The notes under the pieces were generated by a model. It did not search any database. It was not told the origin of the DNA and saw nothing but the letters and a program-made list of their open reading frames with translations. Both the position numbers and the translations under genes were made by a program. From NCBI GenBank assembly GCA_963514005.1, contig OY740811.1:27838001-27902000 (forward strand): a DNA stretch of 64,000 nucleotides, in the 5' to 3' direction. Shown one piece after another: positions 1-10,993 of the stretch. This stretch comes from Raja brachyura. Lineage: Eukaryota. Position 1 is the stretch's first letter, and each line of letters opens with the position of its first letter.

Positions 1-150
1 CTGTGAGTCCACAGTCCGTGAGTGAGTGAACTGTGAGTCCACAGTCCGTGAGTGAGTGAACTGTGAGTCCACAGTCCGTGAGTGAGTGAACTGAGTCCAC
101 AGCCCTGTGAGTGAACTGTGAGTCCACAGTCCGTAAGTGAATTGTGAGTC
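1..150. repeat. 30-bp tandem minisatellite (ctgtgagtccacagtccgtgagtgagtgaa)n
   Basis: Three perfect units at 1-90, then shortened or variant units. The array probably continues left of the window. Confidence 0.95.
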
Positions 151-949
151 CAGAAGGCACACCACCCCCGCTCACACCCCCCCATCCCCCTCCATTCCCC
201 CCCCCCCCCCCAGCGGCTCATCACCGCAGCGGCAGGCCACGGCAGCACTTCCCCCTCCCCCCTCCCCACCGGCCCCTGCCTGAAGCAGTCCCCCTCCCCC
301 GGCTACAGAACACTCCCGCCGGCCCCCACTTGGAGCATCCCTGTCCCCAGCTGCAGGACTAGCCCAAGAATCCATTCGGCCCACATCCATACTAGCCCTC
401 GGGAAACCAGTACGTTCAGCCCACAACACCCATACTAGCCATCCAGAAAGCCCCACCCACTGGCCACCACCTGAAGCCGTCCCCCTCCCCCGGCTGCAGG
501 ACGCTCCACCCACCGGCCCCAGACAGCCTCCGCCTGAAGCCGACCCCCGCCCCAGGCTGCAGAACACAACAAGAGACGCAACAAGAAAGAACGGGCTGAA
601 TGTCCTCTTTAACATTTAAATGGTTGTTATATATTAAGAGTTATCCACATTAAGCGTGTTTTACGTCACAATGGGAACCCAATGGGAGGGAATGGCTGCA
701 CCACCGGAGAGCCTCTAAGAGTGAATGGGGGGTTTGAGGAGGGGGATGGAGTGAATGTGTGGGGGGGGGGGTAAGTGGTGGGGGGGGGGAGATCAGGGGC
801 GTCACAACGGGAACCTGTCAGCCGCGCCTGTGCAGTTGGGGGCTTGCGTGAGTGGTGGAATACTGGAATTGGTGGAGAGGTGGAATATTACATTGGGGGA
901 CCAGCCCTCCCGTGTGAGAATGGGACCCAATGGATCCCACTTAGTCTAG
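1..949 (+). mobile_element. Non-autonomous Helitron-like element, 3' part
   Basis: Hairpin tgggaccc-aat-ggatccca (921-939) lies 6 nt upstream of CTAG (946-949), followed by T. Internal tandem repeats and GC-rich subrepeats. Confidence 0.65.
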
Positions 950-1019
950 TATAAAAACAAGGTTCTTGAATGGTTCAACAAAGGAATGCTGCAGGATTCA
1001 ATGGGAACCTGCAAGATCT

Positions 1020-1220
1020 AAAGTGCTGAAGTAACTCAGTGGGTCAGGCAGCATCTGTGGAACAAATAGATAGGCGACATTTAAGTCCAGACCCTTCGTC
1101 AGTCTCTGAAAAATCTAAAGAAGGGTCATGACCGAAAAGGTCACCTATTCATTCCTTTCACAGATGCTGCCTGACCCAGTGACTTACTCCAGCACTTTGT
1201 GTTTTACTCAAGATTCCATC
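1020..1220. mobile_element. Two Penelope-derived short elements in inverted orientation, with degenerate hammerhead cores
   Basis: gtaactcagtgggtcaggcagcatctgtg ... cacagatgctgcctgacccagtgacttac form inverted arms. Confidence 0.7.
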
Positions 1221-2157
1221 TTGTTGCTTGTGTCTCCCTCCAAATCTACACATCTTGAAGTTAATTTGATCGTCTGCAGCGGGAACTTGGAAAAATCCAA
1301 TTTATTCTAAAATCCAGTTATTTTCGCTGAATACAAAGCCTGCTTCATTTAAATAAAATAAAAAGATCCTTCCGTGATGATAAAACCGAGGTGCACATGC
1401 TGAAATTGCTTCAAACAATCTTCAAAAATTGGTACAGCCAAGGGACGTAGTTAAATAGTTTAAAAAACTATTCTTAAAGGCAAAATCCTCATTGCAAAGC
1501 CTTATTGTTCAATTGCATTTCTGTTGATGTCAAATCAAAAGTTCCAACTCCAATACCCATGCTGGATAACAGGTGTAAAGGTACTTTTAGACGTACGACA
1601 TTAGAGACTAACATGAACTCTAATTAAACTCCTTTATCCTTTGCTGCCAAGGCAACGCAGACTTAGTCATGTTAAATCTAATTTTCATCTATGCAATTTT
1701 GCTAATCTGTGCGTATGTTAATCTGATCGAGCAGTCCAAACAGCCTTTGTTAACTCCATGATACAAGTATGAGAAATATTGCATGGATGTTCATTTTCTC
1801 CATATTATTGCAAAAGAGACAAAAATAAAATCTTAATAAAGACGACCTTAATGAAATTTCACAATAACCCAGCCAGTTTGTTCATGGAGTATCCGCGGAG
1901 ACTCTTAGCTTTTCTAAGAAAAGCTTTTCTAAGAAAAACTAGGGCTAGTTTGATGAGAACGACCAAGATAACAAAGAACTAATTAACCACAAACATAAGG
2001 TCTTCCTGGTTTGGTAGCTCCCACATTGCTCATGGGAAAAGGAACAGCTTTACAAGCATCTGAAATGAAAGGAGCAGCAGTACCCTAAAAAAATAAATGG
2101 TGGATGAACTCATCTGTACATTATTGACATCACTGGCATTGTAAAAGAACATCTCAG

Positions 2158-2470
2158 AGGGTCATCACCTTGTCATGGTGGCAAAGCTTGCGAGTGCCTA
2201 ACATCCTGAGAGCTAAACTGTCTGGAGCTATGATGCTGTCGATGGGGTGGGTGCTGACAACGTGCCCAAGAAGAAGACCTCAACGGTGCACGAGGTGGAA
2301 GGTGGTGGCTGGCCAGCAGGTGGAGCACCACAACGGCTGAGAAGGCAGAAAAAGGCTGCAGTAGGAAGAGACTCCCATCCGTGGTGGTGCCACATCATTG
2401 GACCCGGGTCTGCTTCTCTTTGCAATAAGACTGTGGCTCCAGGATCGGCCTCTTCAGGCATCCCAAAACA
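2158..2470 (+). mobile_element. RTE/Expander(Rex3)-like 5' UTR fragment
   Basis: caccttgtcatggtggcaaagcttgcg...atcctgagagcta resembles the conserved RTE-clade 5' motif (recognition only). Confidence 0.45.
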
Positions 2471-4196
2471 GAAGGGACCCATCAGAAAAACAATTTATAC
2501 TCGACTTTGAGTGATGACCACTGATGATGAAAGTAAAAGCAGTTTATTGAGAGGAGAAAGAAACCCAGCAATTCTACCGTTTGCCATTTGGTGGTGCTAC
2601 ACTCTGGGTTTTTCACATAAACATAATTATTCTAAAACATGTTTCTTTCTTAATAGCATGATACCAACCACAAAATTAAGCAGCGTTGAAGACTGCACAT
2701 AAAAAAGCCATTGCACTGAATTCCCCTAGGTAGTAATCACGTCAATAGATCATACCACTGCAACTGATACATGGGGGAGCACAGTACTATGACATTGTAT
2801 AAACATTGGAAACACGGAGCAACTCATCTAGTTGAGTGCTTATTTCCTTTTTTTCTGGCAACTTTCTCCCTATCTTCTTCTCCTCGAGGCACTTTCAGTT
2901 ATGGTTTTGTGTGTTTCATATGCATGCATGTTTGGCTCGCAATAGATCTATGATCTATTCATCATAGATAACAATGTTCTAACAGTTCAGACAGCATTTG
3001 GTATGGTCCTTCATATGAACATAACTCAAAAAGGGTTACTTTTGAAATATTAATGTGTCTTCTCTTCCCAATACTTGTGTGGACTTCCAGCATTTTATAT
3101 TTTGATATTAAGACATCTGGGAGGGGTTTTTTTCAAATAAATTAACATGGAGATGAGTTTTAATATAAAGGATACAGAGATTAAGAAGTTTACAAAGAGA
3201 ATTTTCCAAATTGAATTGCCTGAATCCAATAATTCTGCTCAACCCAAGAACTGCTCCTATTTTCTTTATGGTCTGTAGGCCTTTACACTTATCAACTCAG
3301 TGTAAAGTGTGTTGATAAACAAGGAGCTTAACTTGCTTCATTTTATAACCATATCATATTTTATCTTTTGCCACTTTAAAACAATTATTGTGCCAAGGTA
3401 CAGTGCTTTCCATCTGCTCATCAGTGTAAGGTGGCTCTTAACAAAGATATGCAACATTTTCCAAATCTGCAATGGCTTGACCTTAATTTACAGAATTTCT
3501 CAATTTGATCCTATTTTGCAAAACCTGGGTTCAAATTGTCTAGATTCAAAAACAACTTTCTTATGATTGAAATTAAACCATATATCTGTCCATGTATCAT
3601 ATTTCAGTCTTGTGGGACAAATTAAAAAAAACTCCCTATTAGTAGTGTTCGCACACAAATTACTTAAATTCAATTGGTCAATAGTCATAACTACAAAATG
3701 ATCACAAACTGTCATTGGAGATAAGTAACCAAACAGCCTTAATAAATGTGCATTGTAACTTACAGTGGTATTGGCAGGCTGAGAAAAATCAGCCTGCCCA
3801 GTGTATCGCCACCAGACTCTATATATCAACTAGATAACCATTCTGATAAAGCACTCTACTATAAAAGACAAGCTGATAAGCTAGATCTTTAGCAGTTTAT
3901 CTTGCAAAGTAAATTATGATGCTCCATGGCAATCCTCCAAAATAATTAGAACAAAAAGGGAACAATTAGATCATAGTGAATGAATGATGCACATTCCTTT
4001 AATTAGGAAAAAATAGGCCTATTAAAATAGGAATGAGCTGGTCAACCCCTCCAGCCTGTTCGCTCACATAATGAGGTCCTGACTGATGTGCATCATATAC
4101 AATCCCTCATCTCATATTCCTTAATACTTTAGTTTGCAAAAATCTATTCATTTCATAATATAATTAACCAGTTGGTCTAGTATCAATTACCATTTA

Positions 4197-4327
4197 TCTG
4201 AAGAGGGGTATCGACCCAAAATGTCACCCATTCCTTCTCTCCAGAGATGCTGCCCGTCCCGCTGAAATACTCTTGCATTTTATGTCTATTTTTGGTTTAA
4301 ACCAGCATCAGCAGATCCTTCCTACAC
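4197..4327 (+). mobile_element. Penelope-derived short element, degenerate hammerhead
   Basis: ctgaagaggggtatcgacccaaaatgtcacccattcc...agatgctgcccgtcccgctga. Confidence 0.75.
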
Positions 4328-4997
4328 CATTTGCAGGGGTGACTTCTGAACTTCTACTAAAGAGAAACGTGGCAACTCTTGTATACTGCCTCAGTGTTAT
4401 TACTATCTTATACTCTTGTACTTAAGTATGATTGTCCCAAATGTATAGTAGGATTGTTACAGAATTGTATGCAAAAACATAATTTCATTGTATCTAGGTA
4501 CATGTGACTGATAAGTGCCATTGAACCATTGATTTTTAATCTCATGCTTCATAGATCTAAGAATCTATGAAGAATAGAAACAGTTTAATCTCCATCTGCC
4601 CCATCAGTTTTCCTCACTAACTTGAAAGGTTTGACAAAGTCATACCTTGATCTTTAAAACTACAGGGCAGCAATCCTAGTTTATATAACTGATTAAGGGA
4701 AAAATTACAGGGTTTGAGCTCCCACTGGCCGAAGACATGGAATTCAGTGTTATGGTGAAAAATGCACATAACATAAGAGACTTGGGTCAGAAAAACCATC
4801 AGACTATAGAATAAAGGAGATGTTTTTAAATATATACTGAGTTACAGAGAAGACAACATTGGAAGATATACAAACAAGAAAGAGAACGCTCCCTTTAAGA
4901 TATTGGGAAATCTCTTTGATCCCTTGTTATTACCAGCAGGAATACTTGTTGACAACGGCACCAGATCGGGTCAGAAATGAATTAAAGTCTATAAGAA

Positions 4998-5660
4998 TGG
5001 AACATAGAACAGAACAGCACAGGAACAGGACCTTCAGCCCATCATATCTGCATCAATCATGATGCCAATCTAAAGAAGGGTCCCGACCCAAAACGTCACC
5101 TATTATCTTCTCCCGAGATGCTACCTGACCCACTGAGTTGCTCCAGCACAATGTGCCAATTTAAACTACAATTAAACTAAACTAACATCTGCCTGCACAT
5201 GCTCCCTATCCCTACAATAGCTGCCTGTTCATATATCTGTCCAAATGCCTCAAATATTTATATAATATTTAATTCTAACATTTCCCCGGCAGCATATTCC
5301 AAACACCTAGCATTCTCTGTAAAAAAGTTGATTCGAATATCTCTTTAAAACCCCCCCCTCTCACTTTAAGCCTTTGCCCGTAGTATTTGACATTTCCACG
5401 CTAGGATAAAGATTGTGAAAATCTACCTTATCTGAGCTTTGCATAATTTTATATACTTCTATCAAGTCATTGTCACCCTCCAATGCATTGTCATAAAGCT
5501 ATCAACAAGGAAACAGGTCGTTCGGACCAACTCAGCCATGCTAATACACTTCAATCCAGGCAACACCTCTACTGTACTCTTTTCCAAAGGATCCACGTCC
5601 TTCCTCGTCAAATGTGGCCTAATCAACATTTTCTACAGTTGCAAACTTTCCAACTTTTAT
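4998..5660 (-). mobile_element. CR1/HER1 LINE 3' fragment with a nested Penelope-derived piece (~5068-5150)
   Basis: Reverse-complement CR1 tail (aacatagaacagaacagcacagg...) followed by degraded RT C-terminal sequence. Confidence 0.65.
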
Positions 5661-6219
5661 ATTCCTTTATATAGTTTAAGCGTTTTTAAAATTATGGATG
5701 GCTATTAAAAATTGAAATGTGTTATATTGATAAAGTTGTTTCCATCCAGAGTTTCAGAGCTGATAGATTATAGGAATGATAGGCAATGTCACTTTGGGGG
5801 AATCAAACAGTCTTTGAATGAGCTGTATACAAAGTCAGAAGATTGACTTGGGGTCAGTTTAGATATTATGTTTACAAGGAGTTTAGTGCAGACTGCGATG
5901 GTTGGAGAGAAAAAAAAATGAGTCAGTGGACACAGAGTTTGTCTGTATACTGAAAATGGTGGTTTCAGTTTTCCCAGTGTTTAACTGGAGGAAAGTAGTT
6001 TCTCCAAAGCTGTATGTTGAACAAGCAGCTTCTAAACTTAAAGGGAAGAATTTGGTATGTCTGCTTAAGTGTTCAGACAAAATAATTCACAAAACATTTT
6101 AAACTTTGCTTCCTGCGTTGAGAAGACTTTGTTTCTGATTATGCCTTTGTGAAGTGCCTTGGGGCTGCCTTTACAGATGGATATAAAACATCTTGTGGAA
6201 CACACAAAGAAAATTATGG

Positions 6220-6415
6220 AGCCCTCCCAGTTTCCTGGCCAATACTAATCCTTCAACCAACACTGCTTATCTCATAGTTTATAGGATCTCATCGAACAAA
6301 TGCTAGTTGCTGCTTGGCTTAAATTACAATGGTAACTATATTTCAAATGTAAATCATTAATTGTGAAGTGCTTTTGGATGCCCTGATAACAGGAAAAGCC
6401 CTAATTAAATGCTAG
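6220..6415 (+). mobile_element. Ancient Deu-domain SINE (SacSINE1/AmnSINE1-like) fragment
   Basis: cctggccaatactaatccttcaacc...ttgtgaagtgcttttggatgccctga resembles the Deu-SINE 3' half. Related pieces at ~9530-10020 (-), ~31255-31445 (+) and ~58900-59100. Confidence 0.55.
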
Positions 6416-9400
6416 TTATTTTTCAATTTAATGTGGAACTTTTAGATAAATGAATTCTGGGAGCTAAATTTTTTTTTACAGAAGTTAGCCTCTGGCAGCT
6501 TAATGCCACATTCTTAAGAATTCAAGGGCTCGAGCAGCCGATGGTTTTAAAAGCAAATCCCCCTTTCCTACTCAACTTGCACTTTGCTCTTCGAACTCTC
6601 TTTATTGCCTTCATATCAGTTGCTAAGCAACAAAGTGTAATTCACAATTTGGTTCATTGCACCAATCACAATGTAGTTTATTTTTAAAAGCAACAATCAC
6701 TACCCAGTCCCCTGTGCGGTAGCCATGGATCGGTTAGTAAACTTAACCAAAAAATACATTTTACTGAATTAAGTTTACATAGTGCCCAGATCTATCAACC
6801 AGAGAATGCAGTTTTAGGCAAACTTAAGACTCTTAAAATTAGTTCACAGGCAGTTGGAGATAAACGTAAGTTGTATGTTACTGCTTTAAAGAAAGATATT
6901 TGCTGGCTTTCAAAGGCAAAGTTAGATTAAAAACTACTGTAGTTAAGATGTTGACATTCTGTATTCAGTCATGTATTTTTGTAATCATTCTATCAGTTTC
7001 AGATTGGAAATATTTCTTAAGAATTTAGTTAACTATCTGGATTTTCACAATGATTTAGGATACACCTTATTTTGTGGTAAAGCCAAGCAGGTGCAAGTCA
7101 AGCTTCAGACTAACTTAGATCACAAATAGCAGAATTGAGAGCTGAGACACATTTTTCCATTAGTGCAATGGAAGACCTGTAAGTTTCAAATTAAAAACAG
7201 ATATTGGCAGATTCCAAGGGGCCGGACTGTGCTGAAGGGCACAGCAAAGCTTGGCGTAGCTACGAAGGGTTCTGTGGAGAAAGATTGTCAATTTAAGGTC
7301 ATCTTACCATTGCACAATGAAGGACAAAGCCTTTGTAAAAAACTGTTGGGAAGTGTTAAGACATAGGACATCCTTCAAGAATTGTATGGATAGTAGGCAG
7401 TAGTACAACGAAGAACCAGTCTTCAAAAAAAGCCTGATCAAACTACAATCATTAACCAATTCTGAAATTAAAAGGACAATTTTACAAACAAACTGTATTG
7501 TCTACATTACAGACTACTGACCTATAACAAAAGGCTACTCAAGTGATATGGTTTACAAATTGGCATAACCATAAGACATACTCATGTGCATCAGCCAAAT
7601 GTGAGACAATGGGTGCATATTAATAGGCCTACATCAAACCATCAGACCCTTCAGCTCAGTTATTTTGCATCATTATGAAAGAGATCAAATAAGGTTCCAG
7701 ACCAGACATATTTTTCCACTTTGCACATCAAACATGGTCGTAGGCATATATGCTCTGTCTATTAAGAATTTAGATATCTGTGTACGCAGAGAATTAGCCG
7801 CCATAACACAAATATTTGTTGTCTGGGTTCTAAGTCCTCAGAACCTTTTAGACCATCCATGTGAATTACTTTGTCCCAGCAAAAGGTGTTTAAACATCTG
7901 GAGGTGTTTGTTGAGTTGCGGTGTGCTCCCACTGTAGTCAAGTGAGTCAAGAGTGTTTTATTGTCACATGTTCCAGATAGAACAATGAAATTCTTACTTG
8001 CAGCAGCACAACAGAATATGTAAACATAGTACACAAACATATACAGTAAACCTTCATTTTAAAGGACCTCTTTTTGAAGGATTTAGGTTATAGAGGACTG
8101 AACCTGTTGTAGACAGAGTCAGTTGTTTCACGGAATGACCGCTAGGTGGATGGAGCAAATGGCATTTTTGAACCATTTTAGCTTGATTTAGTTCAAAGAT
8201 ATAGCATGGAGACACCAAGCAATCACCTGTACACTAGCTCTATCCTACACACAAGGGAAAATTCACAGTGTGTAGGATAGAGCTACTGCAGTGGTTCTAT
8301 CCTTCCTCCCACGCAAAGACAAATACATTGACAGCATCGGTTTCCCCAGGGCTCTGTGGGCATGAGCATCGGTTTCCCCCGGGCCCCTGCCCCCACTGGG
8401 TGGTCTGTTAAGTCAGTTGTGGAACTGTTGATTATGGTCACAGTTTGCATGCCATCAAGGAGCAGACAAGGAGCAGACATAAGACAGACATGAACTTCTG
8501 TGCGATGAGCCAAGCCTGAGGAAGATCTGCACAATGTCTGCCAACTGATGTAGTTATATGCCTTATATGAGATAAAAACTGGCTACATATACTAGTTGAT
8601 ACTTCTCTTGCATTTTGTTTACTTCACAAATGTTGAAGGTCATGCCCACTGTGCAAGCAAATAAAAGGAATACACACTTTGAGTCGGTGAGCAGTTTAAT
8701 TAGCAACTACTTGGGAACAAGTTGAGATCTCTTCCTATCTCAGTTCCCACATACCTTTCAGGCAGAGTACCAGTTACCACGAATGGGCTGTTGGCCTACC
8801 TGATACTTGCAGTAGAGATGTGTGGGAAGATAATATGAAAACCAGGACCATAGCCTTAATATTTCTGTAAATTATCAGAGACTCTGGTTCAAGTATGCAG
8901 GGCCCCACTTACGACCAATTATAATCTCATTGAACAACATATTAGCAGCACATTCTGGTCACCCCCAAATCCTCTAATGGGATCCATATCACCAGGAAGA
9001 AGTCCGTAACTCCTTGGCGAAACATTACATGCAAAGGATAATACATCTGACAACAGAACACATTGTTTAATGCTGCTCTGAAGTGTGAACCCAGGTACTG
9101 TATTCAGTCTCTGGGGTGGGGTTTAAACTGAAATACTTTGGTGAGATGTGAGGAGCAGTGCTGTAAATGTGAGCCTTTGTGTGCGTGCCTTCAAACATGG
9201 TTTTTAATTCCAGCCAGCTGGAACAGGAAGTTGTAATGACAGGCTCGTTGTTTTTTTAATGTGGTTTTCAACTTTTAATTGCAACTATGTGGCTCAACAT
9301 GTACAAGCCATTACAGAAGATTCAAATTAAACAGGATTTAAATGTTAACAAATGCAGTAGAAATATCTGCACTAAATGTGGTGCTTAAAGCATTCTGGAT

Positions 9401-9529
9401 AAGATTTTGTGACTATAAAATAGTTGATTTTGGCAATTTCTCCCTTAAGTTTGGTACCGTAAACCTCACTTGACAGATCATTTGACCATTTGGTTCTTCA
9501 TAGTGTTTATACTGATGCTACTTTACATC

Positions 9530-10020
9530 AGTAGCTACATTTTCAAAGTTCTTCATTAGCTGTAAAGGGCAATAGTACAGCCCAAATTTACTGAAAATAC
9601 TTTTGTAAATCGAAAGTTAGTGTTTCTCTGTTTGTTTACAACATTGTTTTGGTAAATAAAGTATCCAGATTAGGCACAGCAAAGTCCAACAAATAAGTCG
9701 TGTACCAATCAGTTTTAATGAAAACGGGTAAGAAATGAATATGGGCCACAATAACATGAGAATTTACCTCTTATTCCTCAAGGAGTCCAGTGGTAATTTA
9801 CTTTTCAATGAACAAGTAGGTAAAGACTATTGTTGAACAGGTCATCTAAAAATTGTAACTTATGGAAAAAGCAGCAATTTAGGTCAAACATTGAAGCGTC
9901 AGTCCAGAACCAAGCCATGTTGTTTTGCCCAGACCTGATTAGAGCCTAAACCACAACGTTCCTGATCTTTGGGAATCTGGTGCATAAAGGAGAAGGCTAA
10001 TGAGAGATGTTTTCATTGGT
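9530..10020 (-). mobile_element. Ancient Deu-domain SINE, long degraded copy
   Basis: Colinear with the reverse complement of the Deu-SINE layout (gcacagcaaagtcc..., gtcatctaaaa..., ccacaacgttcctga). Confidence 0.5.
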
Positions 10021-10169
10021 TAGCTCCTACGACTGAGTGTTTACATATCCACGCAGCGGGCTGTCCAAAGGTGAGACTTTCTAAGATTGGATTCATGCCT
10101 GGAGAAGGACCATGTGGTATTTTTAGTATTGAGGCCCTTTATGCTTGCTGAACACTCTAATAGTAGGAA

Positions 10170-10993
10170 GATAGTGGGACCGTAGGCTGTGCCTCTCTCC
10201 CTGTCCAGTGGTCGTCGATTTGCCCCCTCGATGGATCGTGTTGTGACTCAGACGAAGAGGTTTGGTGGCGGTGGGGGCCGAGCGCCGGCCACCGGTGGGG
10301 ACGCACATGGTGGGCCAGGCAACATCTCAGGAGAAGGATCTCGACCTGAAATGTCACCCATTCCTTTTCTTCGATGATGCTTCCTGCACCCTGTGGGCAC
10401 CCCTACAGGCCCCTGTCGGCGGGTTGGCTGGCCGCTGGGTGGGGCAGGGGGCATGGCCAACCTCCCCAGCGCCGGCGGGGGTGTGCTGTGGCGGCTTGGC
10501 TGGACGGGCAGCATTCCCAGAGAAAAGGAATGGTTTCCTCGGGAGTAGGAGCGGAGCCAGGCTGGAGCATGCGCATGCCCCCCCCCCCCCCCCTCACGCG
10601 GGCCCACCCCGGAGGTCTCCGACTGCCACTTGGGCGTAGACGGGCACCCTGGGGGGGGGGGGGGGGGAGATGGTGCGGTCCAACGGCGGCTTGGCTGCCC
10701 CTGCGGCGCTAGGGTCACGGGTTCGACCCGGGCTGCAGATGAGGCGCAGGTCTGTGCGCGCTCTCCCGTCTCCCACTGTCATCTGCCCCCTCTCTCTCTC
10801 TCTTGCTGTTACACCTATTCTCCCGCTACCTGACACCCCCATTCCTCAGATTAAATATTTTCACACATAAATGATGAATAAAGATAAGAATTTACATACA
10901 GTTTATGCAGCCAGCGGTTAGTTTTTCTTTATAGCCAGTGACCTTTGACAAATCCCATGATTCTTTGCGGTTTTCGGAATACCAAACTCGCTT
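10170..10993 (-). mobile_element. GC-rich composite TIR element, truncated copy, inverted relative to 55881-57119
   Basis: ~10730-10993 is the reverse complement of ~55881-56200 and ends ...ggaataccaaactcgctt|AT. Shares a captured hammerhead-type piece at 10315-10385. Confidence 0.8.

Noticed and set aside
1-150. 30-bp repeats as a CRISPR array
   Set aside because: The units are directly adjacent with no unique spacers, the context is eukaryotic, and there are no cas genes.
3764-3830. Candidate exon and the 10-bp hairpin ggcaggctga-gaaaaa-tcagcctgcc
   Set aside because: The translation has no family similarity and the sequence resembles an ancient SINE fragment. A terminator interpretation does not apply in a vertebrate intron.
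4547-4572. Short perfect hairpins and tandem duplications (also 2941-2959, 49628-49679, and (ACC)n at ~22372-22390)
   Set aside because: They are real but short, typical slippage or repair products, with no evidence of function.
8913-9046. Exon-like segment with AG/GTAAGT boundaries on the minus strand
   Set aside because: All three frames contain stops and none resembles the expected oxidoreductase C-terminus.
10123-10870. Overlapping Pro/Gly/Arg-rich ORFs (also at 144-949 and 56027-57266)
   Set aside because: These result from stop-codon scarcity in GC-rich repeats. They have no protein motifs and several frames are open at once.
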